A DNA stretch of 63,475 nucleotides, filler included, from Octopus bimaculoides (Eukaryota): the NCBI RefSeq assembly GCF_001194135.2. It is 4 parts of 3 records of this genome, joined end to end, with 100 filler letters (N's around TTAATTAATTAA, not from the genome) between each part and the next. Parts side by side here need not be neighbours in the genome. Positions count along the whole stretch, not along the records: positions 1 to 24,805 come from NC_068983.1; 3 more parts are not named here. The stretch is one strand, 5' to 3'. The first letter of the stretch is position 1. Every line of letters begins with the position of its first letter. Shown piece by piece: positions 1-14,392 of the stretch. Under the pieces are notes generated by a model. That model was not told where the DNA came from. It saw nothing but the letters and a program-made list of their open reading frames with translations, and made no database searches. The translations under genes were made by a program, and so were the position numbers.

Positions 1-40
<40 letters not shown>

Positions 41-126
41 CACACACACACACATTATATCTTGCGTTGGACATATGGTATTGTTCCTGTGGTTTTCCAC
101 CCTTATGTATCCATTTTAACTATAAT

Positions 127-160
<34 letters not shown>

Positions 161-213
161 ATATACACACACGGATATATCGGTACAGGACGTCACCAAC
201 AGTACAAATAACA

Positions 214-517
214 TGAAATACGTAAACAACAACAACAAAAAAAAGGCAAACAGGACAAGTTAACACAGAAAAAGGATCTCAATCAGTTGTCATCTGTATA
301 TCTACTCCTCATTTCGAGCATTTAACGACAATATGAGTCTTTAAAGAGAGTTACTCCCATAAATTCTAAAATGAAATTTAGGATTTATGGAGGGTCAAAG
401 TTGAGACCAAAAATATGACAATGGAGACATACAAAGAAACCGAACAACTGACGAAGGGTCCTTTTTCTGTGTTAATTTGTCCTGTTTTCCATTTTTTCTC
501 GTTGTTTACGTATTTCA
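214..517. repeat. Inverted repeat pair, Penelope-like pseudo-LTR arrangement
   Basis: 214-290 is the reverse complement of 444-517 (aaatacgtaaacaac...caggacaa.ttaacacagaaaaagga). Confidence 0.55.
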
Positions 518-579
518 AGTTATACGTCGTGTATCCATATATGCATGTGTGTGTGTGTGTGCGCATATATATATATATA

Positions 580-634
<55 letters not shown>

Positions 635-2179
635 NNNNNNNNNNNNNNNNNNNNNNNNNNNNNNNNNNNNNNNNNNNNNNNNNNNNNNNNNNNNNNNNNN
701 NNNNNNNNNNNNNNNNNNNNNNNNNNNNNNNNNNNNNNNNNNNNNNNNNNNNNNNNNNNNNNNNNNNNNNNNNNNNNNNNNNNNNNNNNNNNNNNNNNNN
801 NNNNNNNNNNNNNNNNNNNNNNNNNNNNNNNNNNNNNNNNNNNNNNNNNNNNNNNNNNNNNNNNNNNNNNNNNNNNNNNNNNNNNNNNNNNNNNNNNNNN
901 NNNNNNNNNNNNNNNNNNNNNNNNNNNNNNNNNNNNNNNNNNNNNNNNNNNNNNNNNNNNNNNNNNNNNNNNNNNNNNNNNNNNNNNNNNNNNNNNNNNN
1001 NNNNNNNNNNNNNNNNNNNNNNNNNNNNNNNNNNNNNNNNNNNNNNNNNNNNNNNNNNNNNNNNNNNNNNNNNNNNNNNNNNNNNNNNNNNNNNNNNNNN
1101 NNNNNNNNNNNNNNNNNNNNNNNNNNNNNNNNNNNNNNNNNNNNNNNNNNNNNNNNNNNNNNNNNNNNNNNNNNNNNNNNNNNNNNNNNNNNNNNNNNNN
1201 NNNNNNNNNNNNNNNNNNNNNNNNNNNNNNNNNNNNNNNNNNNNNNNNNNNNNNNNNNNNNNNNNNNNNNNNNNNNNNNNNNNNNNNNNNNNACACACAC
1301 ACACACACACATATATATAATTTAGATTCAAGGTGAATATGGTACTTAAGTTTAGGCACCAGAATTAAGTATAGTATTATCCAAAATAATACCATACTTA
1401 AATAATGGAGTCGCATGAAACGATCGTACTGCATTAACTTTGAATATGCTTGTTGCTTATTTTAATATATATATATATATATACATGTATGTAAAGGCTT
1501 TGTACATACATTTGCTAGAATCAGTTAGAATGATGTATTAGGTGCCATCTCCACATCAGATAAATGGTAAAACTGAATTATCCTGCGACAGACCGGCGTC
1601 GCGTCCAAGGAAGAATATTTACGCCAGAGAAACCCAGAAACCAACTCTATGCTCCTTGCGGAGTAATGTGGCGTAACTCTCAGAGTAGATGGTGATATCT
1701 GGAATGACTTTAATTATAGGTTTCATCGGTTCGGGCTGACATAGGGTAAACAACAACAACAACAACAACAGCAGCAGCAGCAGCAATACCAACGTCCTAC
1801 ATGTTCATTTTTCATTCAATCGTCTCTCTTGTTCCACTAACTTCTATTAACCCAGAATAAAACATAATTTCTCAACGCTGATAAACATTCGCAATGAAAA
1901 CAAACAAAAAGGAAAGAATCAAAAAAGAGAAAATTACAAAAAACAAAGCCAAAACAAGGTTTCTAGGTTCGAAATCAAGAGTGTTTTCTCTGATAACCAT
2001 ATAGGTATTTGTGAACTGAAACCTTATATTCAACATTGGATCGCATGTCCCAGCGAGACTGACAAAATACAATTTGGCAGCAGATGAAGATACATTTTTA
2101 GTTTATGTTGCAACACCAGTGCAGTTTACAATATACGTCTTTTTAGTTAATAAGATACACGTACACACGTACACACATT

Positions 2180-2259
<80 letters not shown>

Positions 2260-5003
2260 CATATGTGTGTGTGCGTATGTGTGTGTGCGTATGTGTGTGT
2301 GCGTATGTGTGTGCGTATGTGTGTGCGTATGTGTGTGCGTGTCTACAAATACACACATACACATACACACACTCAGTGTACTGGCAGAATCACCAGAGTA
2401 TCAGAAGAAAAAATGTCTTACAGTATTTCTTCCAGTTTTCTACGATCTGAGTTCAAATCTAACCGACGTCAAATTGCCTTTCATCCTTCCGAAGTCGATA
2501 TATAAATACCAGTCAAGCACTGTGGTTCAGTCTTCTAAGTCTCTTGGAGTGGATGTTGTGACCGTCCCCCCCNNNNNNNNNNCCCAAAAAAAATGCTGCA
2601 AGAACCATTTAGAAACGAATCAATGTGTAGGGCAGAGCAAAGATGAAGAAAGATGTGTATAAGTAATAACGGTTTTAAATAATAGCACAAGGCCAGCAAT
2701 TTCGAGGGAAAAGGTTAAGTCGATTACATCAACTCCAGTGTTCGACTGGTACTTTCCTCGGCTTTCACATAAATAACAATGACAAAGGAAATATACACCG
2801 CCGATAGTTGTTGTTGACAAACAACGGCGGTAATTTTATTCAGCTGATTACACGTCATTGATTGGTTGAAATTACCGAAATAAGACAACTTTAACACGAA
2901 ATAACTTTGAAAATATAAACTTTTCTTAACAGCACTAAGAGTAAAAGATGTTTTATATGACACATTCTACCAGTGTCCGAAGTTTTAAAGTGTTTAGTTA
3001 CAAAAAATTATTTTCTCGATGTGCCGTTCATTAAAAACAAACTTTGGAAGCGCCGAGTGTGTTGGTATTTTACAGACAAGAAAGTAAATTTCGAACGCAA
3101 TGTAGCTGTGAAAACAGCAGAGAAAGATTGGGTATCTGCCATTAGGAGACGGGGTGAAAAAAAGTCACCAGCTTGAAACGATTGGGAATTGAAACCTGTA
3201 TCAGTCAGATACCGGTTGGGAAGCTTTAAATCATTGAGCTAAGAGGCCTCTGACTGAAAAATACCGTGAATTTTAATGTTAAATAATAACTTTCTTTTAT
3301 TATTTTACTTGCTTCAGTCATTTGACTGCGGCCATGCTGGAATACCGCCTTGGAGAGTTTTAGTCGAACAAATCGGCCCCAGGACTTATTTGTTAAGCCT
3401 AGTACTTATGCTATCAGCTACTTTCAACTTCTGTTATAGTCTTTGTCAAAAATATCATTGAATGGAAAATGCAATCGCGATCAGGCTCAGCCCAATTAAT
3501 TTATATAGCGTTAGGGAACACTAACACATAGTGTTTATAAACAGATTTTTCTGAAACCTAATATTCAGGAAGATAGTGCTCATGACCGTTTTCAGGGATT
3601 TCTGGGAATGGGGCGGGAAGAAGTATTTTGAAACTTGAGACCTGACCCGCGTCCTTGCAACAAAGTGGATTACGCTAAAAGCTCACAATGATTAGATGGA
3701 GCTGTTAAACAAAGCGATGATTAAATCTACCACCCAAGTAGTTCATGGTAAGACTACTGAATTCATGGAAAGACTTGAACTCAGAACGCAAATAATCGGA
3801 ACAAATACTGCAATACCTCCTAACGAATCTGATAGTCTACCGCTCCAGACCACTACGTTATCAATCCGCTCTAGAAGGATGAAAGGCAAAGTTGGTCACG
3901 ATGAGATTTGAACTTAGAACGCAAAGAATCAGAATTAGTACTATATTTATTTTCTACTCTGGGCACAAGGACTGAAATTCTGTGGGGAAGGGCTAGTCAA
4001 TTACATTAACTTTAGCACTCAAATGGTACTTATTTCATCGCTCTCGAAAGAATGAAAAGCAAAGTAGACCTCGATGGAATTTAAACTCAGAAGATAAAAG
4101 CAGACGAAATGCCGCTAAGTATTTTGTCCGACATTCTTACAATTTTACTAGCTGTGAAAATAGATCCTTGTCCCGTGTAATCTTGTTAAAAATTTAGTTT
4201 AATATCAAGATTTTTCTGGTTAAAAGAAGATAATGACTTTATGTAGAAGCTTCTTCATCGCCACCACACTTCTCATATATTACTACAATGTATTCCTATA
4301 TGTATCAGCATGACTCCATAAAAAATATATATTCATACCAACCTAAACTTTAAGACTTTAGACAGGACGAGTTGATGAAAAAGCCTCTAAGTAGTCGCCC
4401 AATCTAGTGGAAATAACAACCAATTTTACTTCAAATTTTACACGCTATCATCTTCAAAAGAAAGGACATACTGGACTGGATAATGCAGACTGGGGAATAA
4501 GAGCAGATAAGATCAGTGATAGCTGGAAATCTTTGATCATAAATCTCTTTGATTAGAGCTTACCTGGGGCTAAACAACATAGACGGTGTTGTTAACAGCT
4601 AGAACGTCGCTAGAATGACGGGGTTTCTATCCAAGCATAAATGTCTGTTCGAGTATAGCTGAGTGCATGTGTAGTGGTCGGGTTTCTAAATACCAACAAC
4701 AACATCATCAACGTCAAAACAAGTACGACAATCAGAAGTCTGCAACTGATATTTTTACTACAGCTGTTAACGCCAGAACGATACCACCAAAACCATTAAT
4801 ACTACCAGCGTGTCACTACCTCCACCATCTCCATCGCTATCAGCTCCACCATCTCCATCGCTATCAGCACAGAAAAAAAAGAAACACCGCCAAAAAACAA
4901 AAATAAAAATATGACAAAAAAATCTTTTAGCTGTCAGATTTTTGCCAATTTTTGCTCCGATTATCCTTTAATATTTTATGAATTTAAAAATTTTCTCTTG
5001 TCA

Positions 5004-5101
<98 letters not shown>

Positions 5102-5744
5102 TTTATTTCTCCAGCTTGTCTTACTCATGCTCTTCTCAAAGACAGTTTTCTCTCTTTTCTTTCTGTTTCTATCTTTTCTTCCTTTACCTGTCTATCTTCT
5201 GTCTTTTCTATCTTCTCTCTTTTACTCCTTTCAGTTGCTTTCTCTCTCTTTGAATCTCTGATCTCTCTTCTGACGGTTCTTCGCCTCTCTCTGTCTCCCG
5301 AATCTTTCTCTTTCCTTTCTCTACTTTCTCTCTCTGTCCCAGTTTGCTTACTGCTTATCGGTTTGTCTTCTCCCTTTGTCTTTATTTCTATCTTTGCCCT
5401 CTTTCCCTTTCCTTTTATTCATTCCTTCCACCTTCCTTCAGATCCGACGAGTTCTTTTGGGCTCCGGGTAATTTCGTTCAACGCACATTTCGTTGGCTCG
5501 ATTTCAATTCGAGAAAATGCTTTGAGAAAAGCACAAACATCATAGAATTTAATTTCTCTTTATCAAAAACCTTGTAGACTTGTGAATATAATATCATCAG
5601 AACAAGTAATTAGTTTTGAGTTTTCTAAGTTCCTTCAATCAACAACTATGACTTAGTTTCCAATGATAAAAAAAAAAAAAAAATCAGCGAACTGGTTTCG
5701 TTTTCTTTTGGTGCATCTTAATGTCGTCATTGTAATTGTTTAGT

Positions 5745-5945
5745 TTCAGGTCAACACTAATCATCAGACCTTTTATCAAATGCATTCCGGCCGTGACCAT
5801 GTATCCTGCCTTTTCCCAGCGTGCAATGAACTTGGGATTACATTATCTAACATGCCTTTATTTTTTTTTCTTAAGACAGCTAGGTGTGATTTGAGGGAGA
5901 TTAAGTTGTTATTTAAAGCAGATCAAGTGACAATATAGAGGATCC
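5745..5945 (-). repeat. Family E dispersed repeat (probable retroposon 3' portion ending in (AAC)n)
   Basis: Motif gtgtgatttgagggagatt..ctg.tattt..agcag.tc recurs at about 4420-4580, 7140-7290, 7480-7620, 16030-16270, 19050-19690, 20950-21150, 41670-41815, 48400-48500 and 57165-57340. Confidence 0.65.
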
Positions 5946-8357
5946 CACGTTGTTGTTTGCTATTTTACTCGTTATTGTTGATGTTGTTACTGCTGCTGCT
6001 GCTGTTGTTGTTGTCAACGTCTTCAAATCTTCGTCAGTTCACCTATTTCTTCGACAGGAAATATTTACAAGATAAATTGAGACCTGAAGGGTCTCCCTCT
6101 CCCCATCCCATCTCTCTCTCTCTATATGTATATATGCATGCATGTTTGTATATATGCATGCATGTGTGTATATATGCATGCATGTGTGTATATATGCATG
6201 CATGTATGTATATATGCATGTTTAATGAGATTTTGATGAATGTTGAGCTTCTCCCCTGCGGGACTATTTGTAAAGTTCGGAGAGTTGTTTGAATGTTTCA
6301 ATGTTTCAGTCCTCTTGACATTTAAAGCTGACAGAACCATACATATTAATTGTCACTTAATAGCACTAAGTTCTGTTGAACATTTATAAAAAAAAAAAAA
6401 ATTAAAAATTGCAATATTATTTCTTTCCAAACGCATGTATGCTCTTCTCACACGCACACGCATACACACAAACTTTACCCACACATACAACCACACGCTC
6501 TCTTTCTCAATCTTCACTGCTGCACATACGTACATATACAACCACAATCACGCACACGCACACTCATTCTAAATACTTGCCGAATATTCAGTATCATTCG
6601 CATTTGCCAATTCTTTGAATTTTTTTTACGATAATACTAATTTCTTCGATTTCATTCCTTGTTACTGTTTTTTGTTTTATTTTTTTTTACAGTTGCCATG
6701 TTGGGTACTACAATCAAAGAATAAAGTTCTTTAAATCGTTATTCACACCTTTCTTAAATATAGGCAAACCGCTTTATTAATTTCTTTCCATATATATATA
6801 TATATTTTTTAATGTATTTTAGGGTAAGAGGCCGATGGACTAGCAGAATCGTTAGAGCATCACACATTTCTCAAAGCCTTGTGATATTTCCTTCGGATCT
6901 TTACGTTCTGAGTTCAAATCCCATCGAGGTCAACTGTGCCTTTCATGCTTCCGTTATTAATAAAATAAAGAACCAGTCAACTACTGGAATAGATTTAATC
7001 AACCGATATCCTCTCCCATCAGACGTTGTAGTTATATTAAAGATAATATACTTTAGAGTGTATCATCGCAGTTTGTATAGAAATATATTTTTTTATGAAT
7101 TCGACATTTTTTACTTATGGAATGATATACGAAAAAAGTCTTACACAGTCGCATCTAAATTGTCCTCAAATTATACCCTATTGATTTAAATTAAGAAAGG
7201 ATAGTAAGATAATGTAGTCTTAAACAACCCTTAAAAGCATGCCTTTGATCATAGATTTACTCGATCTAGGTTGACATATGTTCAAACAACAAGATCATAC
7301 GTTGATCAGGAAAGAGCTAAAGAGATATATGTCTTCAAAGCTCCGTTAAACTGAAGATGACCTGTGACGAAATTCAGTTTCGTGTAATTTGGCTGACGAT
7401 AATTATTAACGTTTTCTTTGTTTAGCTTCAAGTTATTTCTGACCTTGCATCTATGTATAAGTAGAGGCATTTAACCACGACTACCTTCTCTTCTTTTGTT
7501 CAACAATACTGTACTCCGAATTAAATTATCGAATGTATAATTATGTTTAAAGAAAGGTCAAGGGAATGTTGGCTGCTATTTCTAGCTGGTCCATTAACCA
7601 CCAAGACGTTTCTTTTTGGTTCGAGTTATATGATAGTTGAAGCGTATCGTATTTAAGATATCCTGAAAATATGGCGTCTATTCTTAGCAGAGAGATGTAC
7701 TGATATACGTAAAGTGAAGATTACTTTCTCACACAAAAGCAACGAAAAGATATTTGATTTGAACTTTAGAATTTCATGCTCTGAGGTTAATATTTCACCC
7801 ACTCGGCAGGACGAAAGGCACAGTTGATTTCAGCGGGATTTGAACTCAGAACGAAAAGAAACAGAATAAATACCGAAAGACATTTTTGTGACACTCCAAC
7901 GATTTTGCCAATCAACCATCCTCAAAACTTCATGAAATAATCCCCTCTACTATAGACACAAGGTCTGAAATTTTAGTGGAGAAGGGGATAGTCGATTGCA
8001 TCGACCCAGTACGCAACTGGTACTTATTTTATCGACCCCAAAAGGATGAAAGGATGTCAGATCGGTGGAATTTGAACTCAGAACGTAACGACGGATGCAA
8101 CTCCTTTAAGCATTTTGTCTGGCGTGCTAACGATTTTTCCAGCTCTCCTCCTTGGCTTCATGAAATAATACAAAGTAATTTAAGAATTTTAAAAATCGAA
8201 AGTTTCTTTTTGGTTTATGCCAGAAAAATGATAGGTAAACTAGAATATATAACCGCATGCAAATCTTAGATGCGACAGATATAACATAGGTGGTTCATCG
8301 TTTCTTCACCTTTAGAAGCCATTTTAGATATACAAGACCTAACTCAAAAGAATAGCT

Positions 8358-8528
8358 CTTTTTCAATCGGAACCCAATAGCTATGAACATACTGTTCTTG
8401 TTCCTCCATGAAGCAGAATCGCTACAAAGCGGAAATGGTATTTCTACTCTCACTCACTTTGTAGCGATTCTGCTTGATGGAGGAACAAGAACAGTATGTT
8501 CATAGCTATTGGGTGCCGATTGAAAAAG
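8358..8528. repeat. Fold-back inverted repeat, 72-bp arms, 27-nt loop
   Basis: Arms 8358-8429 and 8457-8528 differ at 2 positions; the loop sequence recurs directly after the right arm. Confidence 0.9.
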
Positions 8529-9743
8529 CAGAAATGGTATTTCTACTCTCACTCACTTGATCTTAATATGAGAATGAGAAACATTTTAGCCGAAAGGAAC
8601 ACCAAAAATGGTTGTCTCTCTTTATGTCATGCCCTGTATGTTAAAAGCACTATTTGTCACAACACAGGAATTATTCAATTCACTTGTGCAAACACAAACC
8701 TAGCATACTATATTTTCCGATATACAAGTCGAAATTTTCAGATCAAAATTTGTAGCTAAAAAAAAAAAAGTTAGACCGACTTATACGCCAAGACGACTTT
8801 GGAGGACCAAACGTTCCATGGGAAATGCAGCAGGATTTATAAAGATAGTGACGATGTTTGAATGTTTAAATTACGACTATATATTACATCAACTTGTTTG
8901 CCAGAAAATATGGTAATATTTACAAACAGGTGTAAACTCTACGTGCATTGATGTTGTAATTTGAATCGTATTGTTTTTCAATGCATGAATTACTATTCAA
9001 ATTATAACCTAAATTTTCATTACCTTTATCAGAACACATGCTGTTTGGTTACTTTGAAGTAAAATGCCATCTAGATCCTACGATGGAACATGGAAAGATG
9101 AAAGAAAACACACACACACAACCTTTATTGCTGTTATCTCTGAGTACTCTTTATTTACTACAAATATGTTAAAACTATTTTCGCAGGATTTCTACGACAT
9201 GAATAGGACACAAATATTAAAACACCTTTCAATCATTGAAGATCAGTACGTCTAAAAACCATTATATCGAGATAGAAAGAAAATATAGATATTATTGAAA
9301 AGTTACTACTGTAGTGTAAGCATGTCGCCGAGGGATGTTGATGAATGAAACTTCTTAATCTCCGTTCTAAACTTTTGATCTTTCTGATACTTCATTCAAT
9401 GGGTAAACAGCAAAAAGAAACTTATGCCGTCTGTCAGTCCCAGAAATACGAAACAAAAGCAAAATTAAAAACAAAATAACAGCAATAAACAAATAAAAAA
9501 TACTATGTAAAACAAATTTCCACAATCCAGTGTCTTAGAAAGATAATTCAAGAAGATATATTATTCAATTAATGACTAAAAGATTGTTGTAGTTTAGAAA
9601 GTAATATTTGCACTGATGTCGTCTTTGTAAGATTAATTTCAAGCGAAATATATATCGTACTTAAGTGAAGTTCGGAAAACTAATTCAAAACAATAACTCA
9701 GATAAAATACCAGTCTAATCAACTGTCAGATTTGATATAATCA

Positions 9744-9806
<63 letters not shown>

Positions 9807-10248
9807 CCTGCATACATACATACATACATACCTGCCTGCTTGTCTATTTTTATTCTTTAACTTCTTCCTATGAAGAAGCGACTGGTTTCTAAATTAGAAA
9901 CGAAGCGTCACATAATTTAGATTCAAACAATAGTAGAGTTGCATGATAAAATTTACGAAAGTCTTGTATATTTTCACCACTCTGCTCACAGAATGTATGT
10001 TAGCTGCTGTATTTGCTTGGTAATCGTAACTTTTCGAGAAGAACCGAGGGCGCCAATAATTATAGATTATAGATATACACATCTATAACATCTGAAATAC
10101 TTCAGAGCCTATAATATAGACTCTGAAGCAGTTCAAATGTTGTCTTCCTCATTAATTGGAATGAAATGTTCACCTCCACTGGGTAACTAACAATTCTAAT
10201 AACACACACACACCACGCGCACATGTATGTATGTATGTATCTTTATAT

Positions 10249-10478
10249 AGCGCAGGTATGGCTGAGTGGTAAGAAGTTTGCTTCCCAATCATATGGCTCC
10301 GGGTTCAGTATCACATTGTGGCACCTTGGGCAAGTGTCTTGTACTAAAGCCCCAAACCAGCCAAAACCTTGTGAGTGGATTTGGTAGTCGAAACCTCAAA
10401 GAAGCTTTTCGTATTATGTATGTATGTATGTATGTATGTACGTATGTATGTATGTATGTATGTATGTATGTATGTATG

Positions 10479-10527
<49 letters not shown>

Positions 10528-10728
10528 GTGTGTGTGTGTTTGTGTGTATATGTTTGTCCCCCACCACTGCTTGACAGCTGATGCTAGTTTGTTTCCGTGC
10601 CGTAACCTAACGGTTCGGTTAAGAGAGAGAGAGCGATAGAATAAGTGCTGGGGTCGATTTATTCGACTAAACCGTTCAACGTGGTGCTCCAGCATGGCCG
10701 CAGTCTAAGACTGAAACAAGTGAAAGAA
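10249..10728 (+). mobile_element. Family C SINE (tRNA-like head, internal microsatellite)
   Basis: gcgcagg..tggctgagtggtaagaag.ttgcttcccaa..atggctccgggttcag head, accttgggcaagtgtctt domain, internal (TATG)n(TATC)n, tail ending ccagcatggccgcagtc...gactgaaacaagt. Confidence 0.85.
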
Positions 10729-10804
<76 letters not shown>

Positions 10805-11769
10805 CATTTATTAACAGTTTGATTCAGCTCCGTATGACTTAAAATTTCGTGGTGCGCAGAACTGATCCATCCCGTCAGATACCAGAAAAAGAGTAAGGGA
10901 TTTGAGACAAATCAAAAAATATTTTTGTTTTCTGTCCCAAACAAACAGCAATCTAAGACGCATCATATCTGCGATTAATAAGTTTTGATATATAACTTCC
11001 AGCCAATATTTCTTGGGTTGATCTTTGTGGATGTCTTTAGTACTAGAAATATTGTTTCTATCTTAGGCACAAAACCTTGATTGGGCATTGCATCAGTAAA
11101 CATTTGAGCAAGGAAAACATTTTATTGAAAAATATTCTAGATTATGTGATACCAAAATGGGAAATGTTTAAAATGATATATTACTGATAGTTTCTCATCT
11201 TCTTCACTTTTAATTTTAAAAAGTGTAGCTCGAGCCATGGAAGACTAATAGTTTGAAAAATAATCAGCATTCAAATAGCTCATCTAAAAATTGTCACGGA
11301 AGCTTATATATATATACACTTAGATTACTGAGATAATTTTCGGCCGAAGTTGGCCCAGGCCAGATCTAATTTAATAGCACCACCTGGAAGAGATACACAG
11401 TCAGCACTTGGGCACCATAGCCCATTCGAGCAGAGAGTTATTGTTTTCAGAGACATATCCGGGTGTGGGTGGTTTGTCTGGGTCTTTTTTGTCGGGAATG
11501 GGCAGGGACAGTTGAGGTGAAATAGTTCTGTCGTAGTGTTGTGATACAATACGAACATGATTTCTGTAGTGGACGGATGGTATGGAGGCCAAGCCGTGGA
11601 TGAATTTTAAAGATGATACCTGTATCATTTGGACAATGTTGATGAAATATTTTCCACATCATACAGATGATATAGCACTCACGGCGGCGTTGGGGAGTAT
11701 AAAGTCTGAGCTTTTTGAGCTTATAGGAGGATTGGAAACCATTTGAATATTAGAAAAGAATTACCTGTA

Positions 11770-12302
11770 TCATGATGATTTGTGCCAGATGTCAATATGC
11801 CGACATAGTGACTGCTGCTCAATGCTCTGTGAATACTGTAAAGGCTGTAAGACGTGACATGGGCAGCTACGACGGAGACAACGAAGCTGTGGTCAGAACG
11901 AAGGGACAAAGCAGGCATTCTGAGAGTGACGTCATGCCGCTTTACACCTTTGAACAAGCCTTAGGCTCAATTCACACGGCTATGTGAAGTTATTGGAGAC
12001 TGTGGTCAAACCCTGGCTGGAGAGGGTTGCTGCTAAAGGACCATATATGTGGAGTCAGGATTCGGTTACTTGCCATACCTCCGGAAAGCGTCAGAAGTGG
12101 TTGTTGAAGAATTCCTAGGACTTCACCAGCCCCAATTTCTGGCCTCTTAATCCGCCCCCCACCGTTCACCAAGGCTAAACTGGTGGCCACGATCGATGAG
12201 ATGTTCGAAGATCTTCCCAGCGATACAGTGAAGAACGCGTGCGCCAGGTTCTGGAGCTATCGTGAGGCTATGGTGGAAGCTGAAGGCGGCTACTTTGAGT
12301 AA
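11770..12302 (+). mobile_element. Tc1/mariner transposase remnant, probably maT/DD37D type, internally deleted
   Basis: LLETVVKPWLERVAAKGPYMWSQDSVTCHTSGKRQKWLLKNS*DFTSPNFWPL...KAKLVATIDEMFEDLPSDTVKNACARFWSYREAMVEAEGGYFE* is a typical Tc1/maT C-terminus. The upstream HTH-like segment is ADIVTAAQCSVNTVKAVRRDM. The SPDLNP motif and most of the middle are deleted. Confidence 0.8.
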
Positions 12303-13850
12303 ACTGTTATATCGCAGCAAAGCAATGCACTGGGACCCCTGCATATGCAACCACTGTTTGTATAGGCTTGCATTAGACTCCAAGGACCTGTCTGTCCCTC
12401 CAGGTAACAGTGTAAAGTGTCTATGTCTTTCTCAACTCTCAGTTTATATACTTGTTACTCACAAATTAAAATTTTGTTTAGAACCAGATACCTTTTTTTT
12501 GTGATGTTACTTTTTCTGAAAAGTAGCATCATTGTATTTACTTCAGCTACAGAAATTGTATTTTTCAAGCAAAATCAACTGAAGAACTATTTCACATGCA
12601 GTTTCATTAAATGACTAAACATTCGATATACCTAATTTCTTAAATGTAGGAACTATTAATTTTATGTTGATTTCTTTAGCTTAATCACTTAAAATTACTT
12701 GACTGTTTAGTTTTTGTAATGTAATCGGAGAAAGTTTCATTTACCGCAGACGAATATCGACATAAAAACAGATACTGTACACAATATACTGATAAAAGGA
12801 CACGCAATGAAGATATATCAGAGCAGGTTTGTTCAACTTCATTTTTGAATATGGTTTGCAAGATTCTTGATGTGAATTCGTGTGTTGAAGCAAATCTTGG
12901 CGTAATGACCCTCCCAAGACACAAGATTTGTACAAACTGTTATCACCGTAATCCATTCTTGAACTCATATCTGGAGATGTTACGTTGTAGTTTATTAATA
13001 TTCATAGATATTTTAATTTAGAAGTTACACGGCTTTTGGAAACTATACCCCCCTCCTGGTTCATTATTTAGGCTTACTTATTCTTTCTGGATAACTAAAA
13101 TTACGTTAGTAACTTCTGAGAGGAAGTTTCGTTTGCTGAATAACTACTGCTAAATTTAACTTTATTAAATAATGTTATGAATCGAATCATTAAGAAACAT
13201 AGTTCTCTTCGATTACGGATCGTATCAACAACAAAAAGAGTCATATTTTTGACGTCAAAACATGAAAAGGCGTTAATTTTCAGAAGATTGAAGCAGTTAT
13301 TAGATTTCCACTTAACTCAAGAAACTTACTTCATTTGGGGTTCTTTTCTAAACACAAGGGTTCATATCTTTGTAAAAGCTTTCTTTCTTTATATTTATCT
13401 ATTTACATTTATTTATTTATTATTGCTGACTTGTCTATGCCTGAAAGCTATACTCTCAGACTGAAGCCGATCTAACGCATTAATTCTGCTGTGTCACTGG
13501 ACAAATTTCCCGCAAGTGAACAATGATTTTAATGCAGTTTTCGATACTTCATGACGTATTACATTTTCAATAGACATTTTCTTATTCACATTCCTTAACT
13601 TACCTCAATGGGTTTCAATAAGTAACATTAGTGTTATTTTTTATCATCGTTTTCATTTTTACCTTTTTCAGCATCACTTCTAATAGTCTTGGACAAGAAA
13701 TAAATATGAAATGTCACACACCACCATACGCACGCGCACACATACAATGTCGACTTTTGATTCTGAGGTTAAAGATGCATTGATTCGTTCGCATCCTCTT
13801 GCTCTATGGAAGTATTTGTTGTAAATAAGTAACTTCTTAATAGCTACATG

Positions 13851-13852
<2 letters not shown>

Positions 13853-13936
<84 letters not shown>

Positions 13937-14392
13937 CACATACATATATGTATACATATGTATACATACACGTACATATATTTACACATACATATACATA
14001 CATACACATATATATATATATACATATATACATATATACATATATACATATATACATATACATATATACATACATATATTTTTATATATATATATACATA
14101 TATACATATATATATATATACACACACATGCATATATATATGCATATACATATATATATACACTTATGTACATNNNNNNNNNNTACACACACATGCATAT
14201 ATATATGCATATACATATATATATACACTTATGTACATATCTATACGTATATACACACGTGTATATGTATTTTACATGCATGCGAACACATACATATGTA
14301 TATATACACACACACGCACACACACATGTATATCCCCCCACACATATATATTTATATACATACATATATACACATATACACATATGTGCTTT
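13853..14392. repeat. Compound (TA)n/(TACA)n/(CA)n microsatellite block
   Basis: Direct reading; one of dozens of such blocks (e.g. 1-52, 2182-2340, 5005-5097, 9747-9830, 38195-38460, 42060-42410, 45200-45360). Confidence 0.95.

Noticed and set aside
415-1434. Long ORFs spanning N runs (also about 30573-31533, 35277-35993, 45893-46662, 49722-50595, 52270-52987, 60752-61474)
   Set aside because: They are open only because N codons translate as X.
4818-4866. Short perfect tandem duplications (24 bp here; 24 bp at about 16180-16225; 18 bp x3 at about 49115-49175)
   Set aside because: Ordinary slippage products with no further structure.
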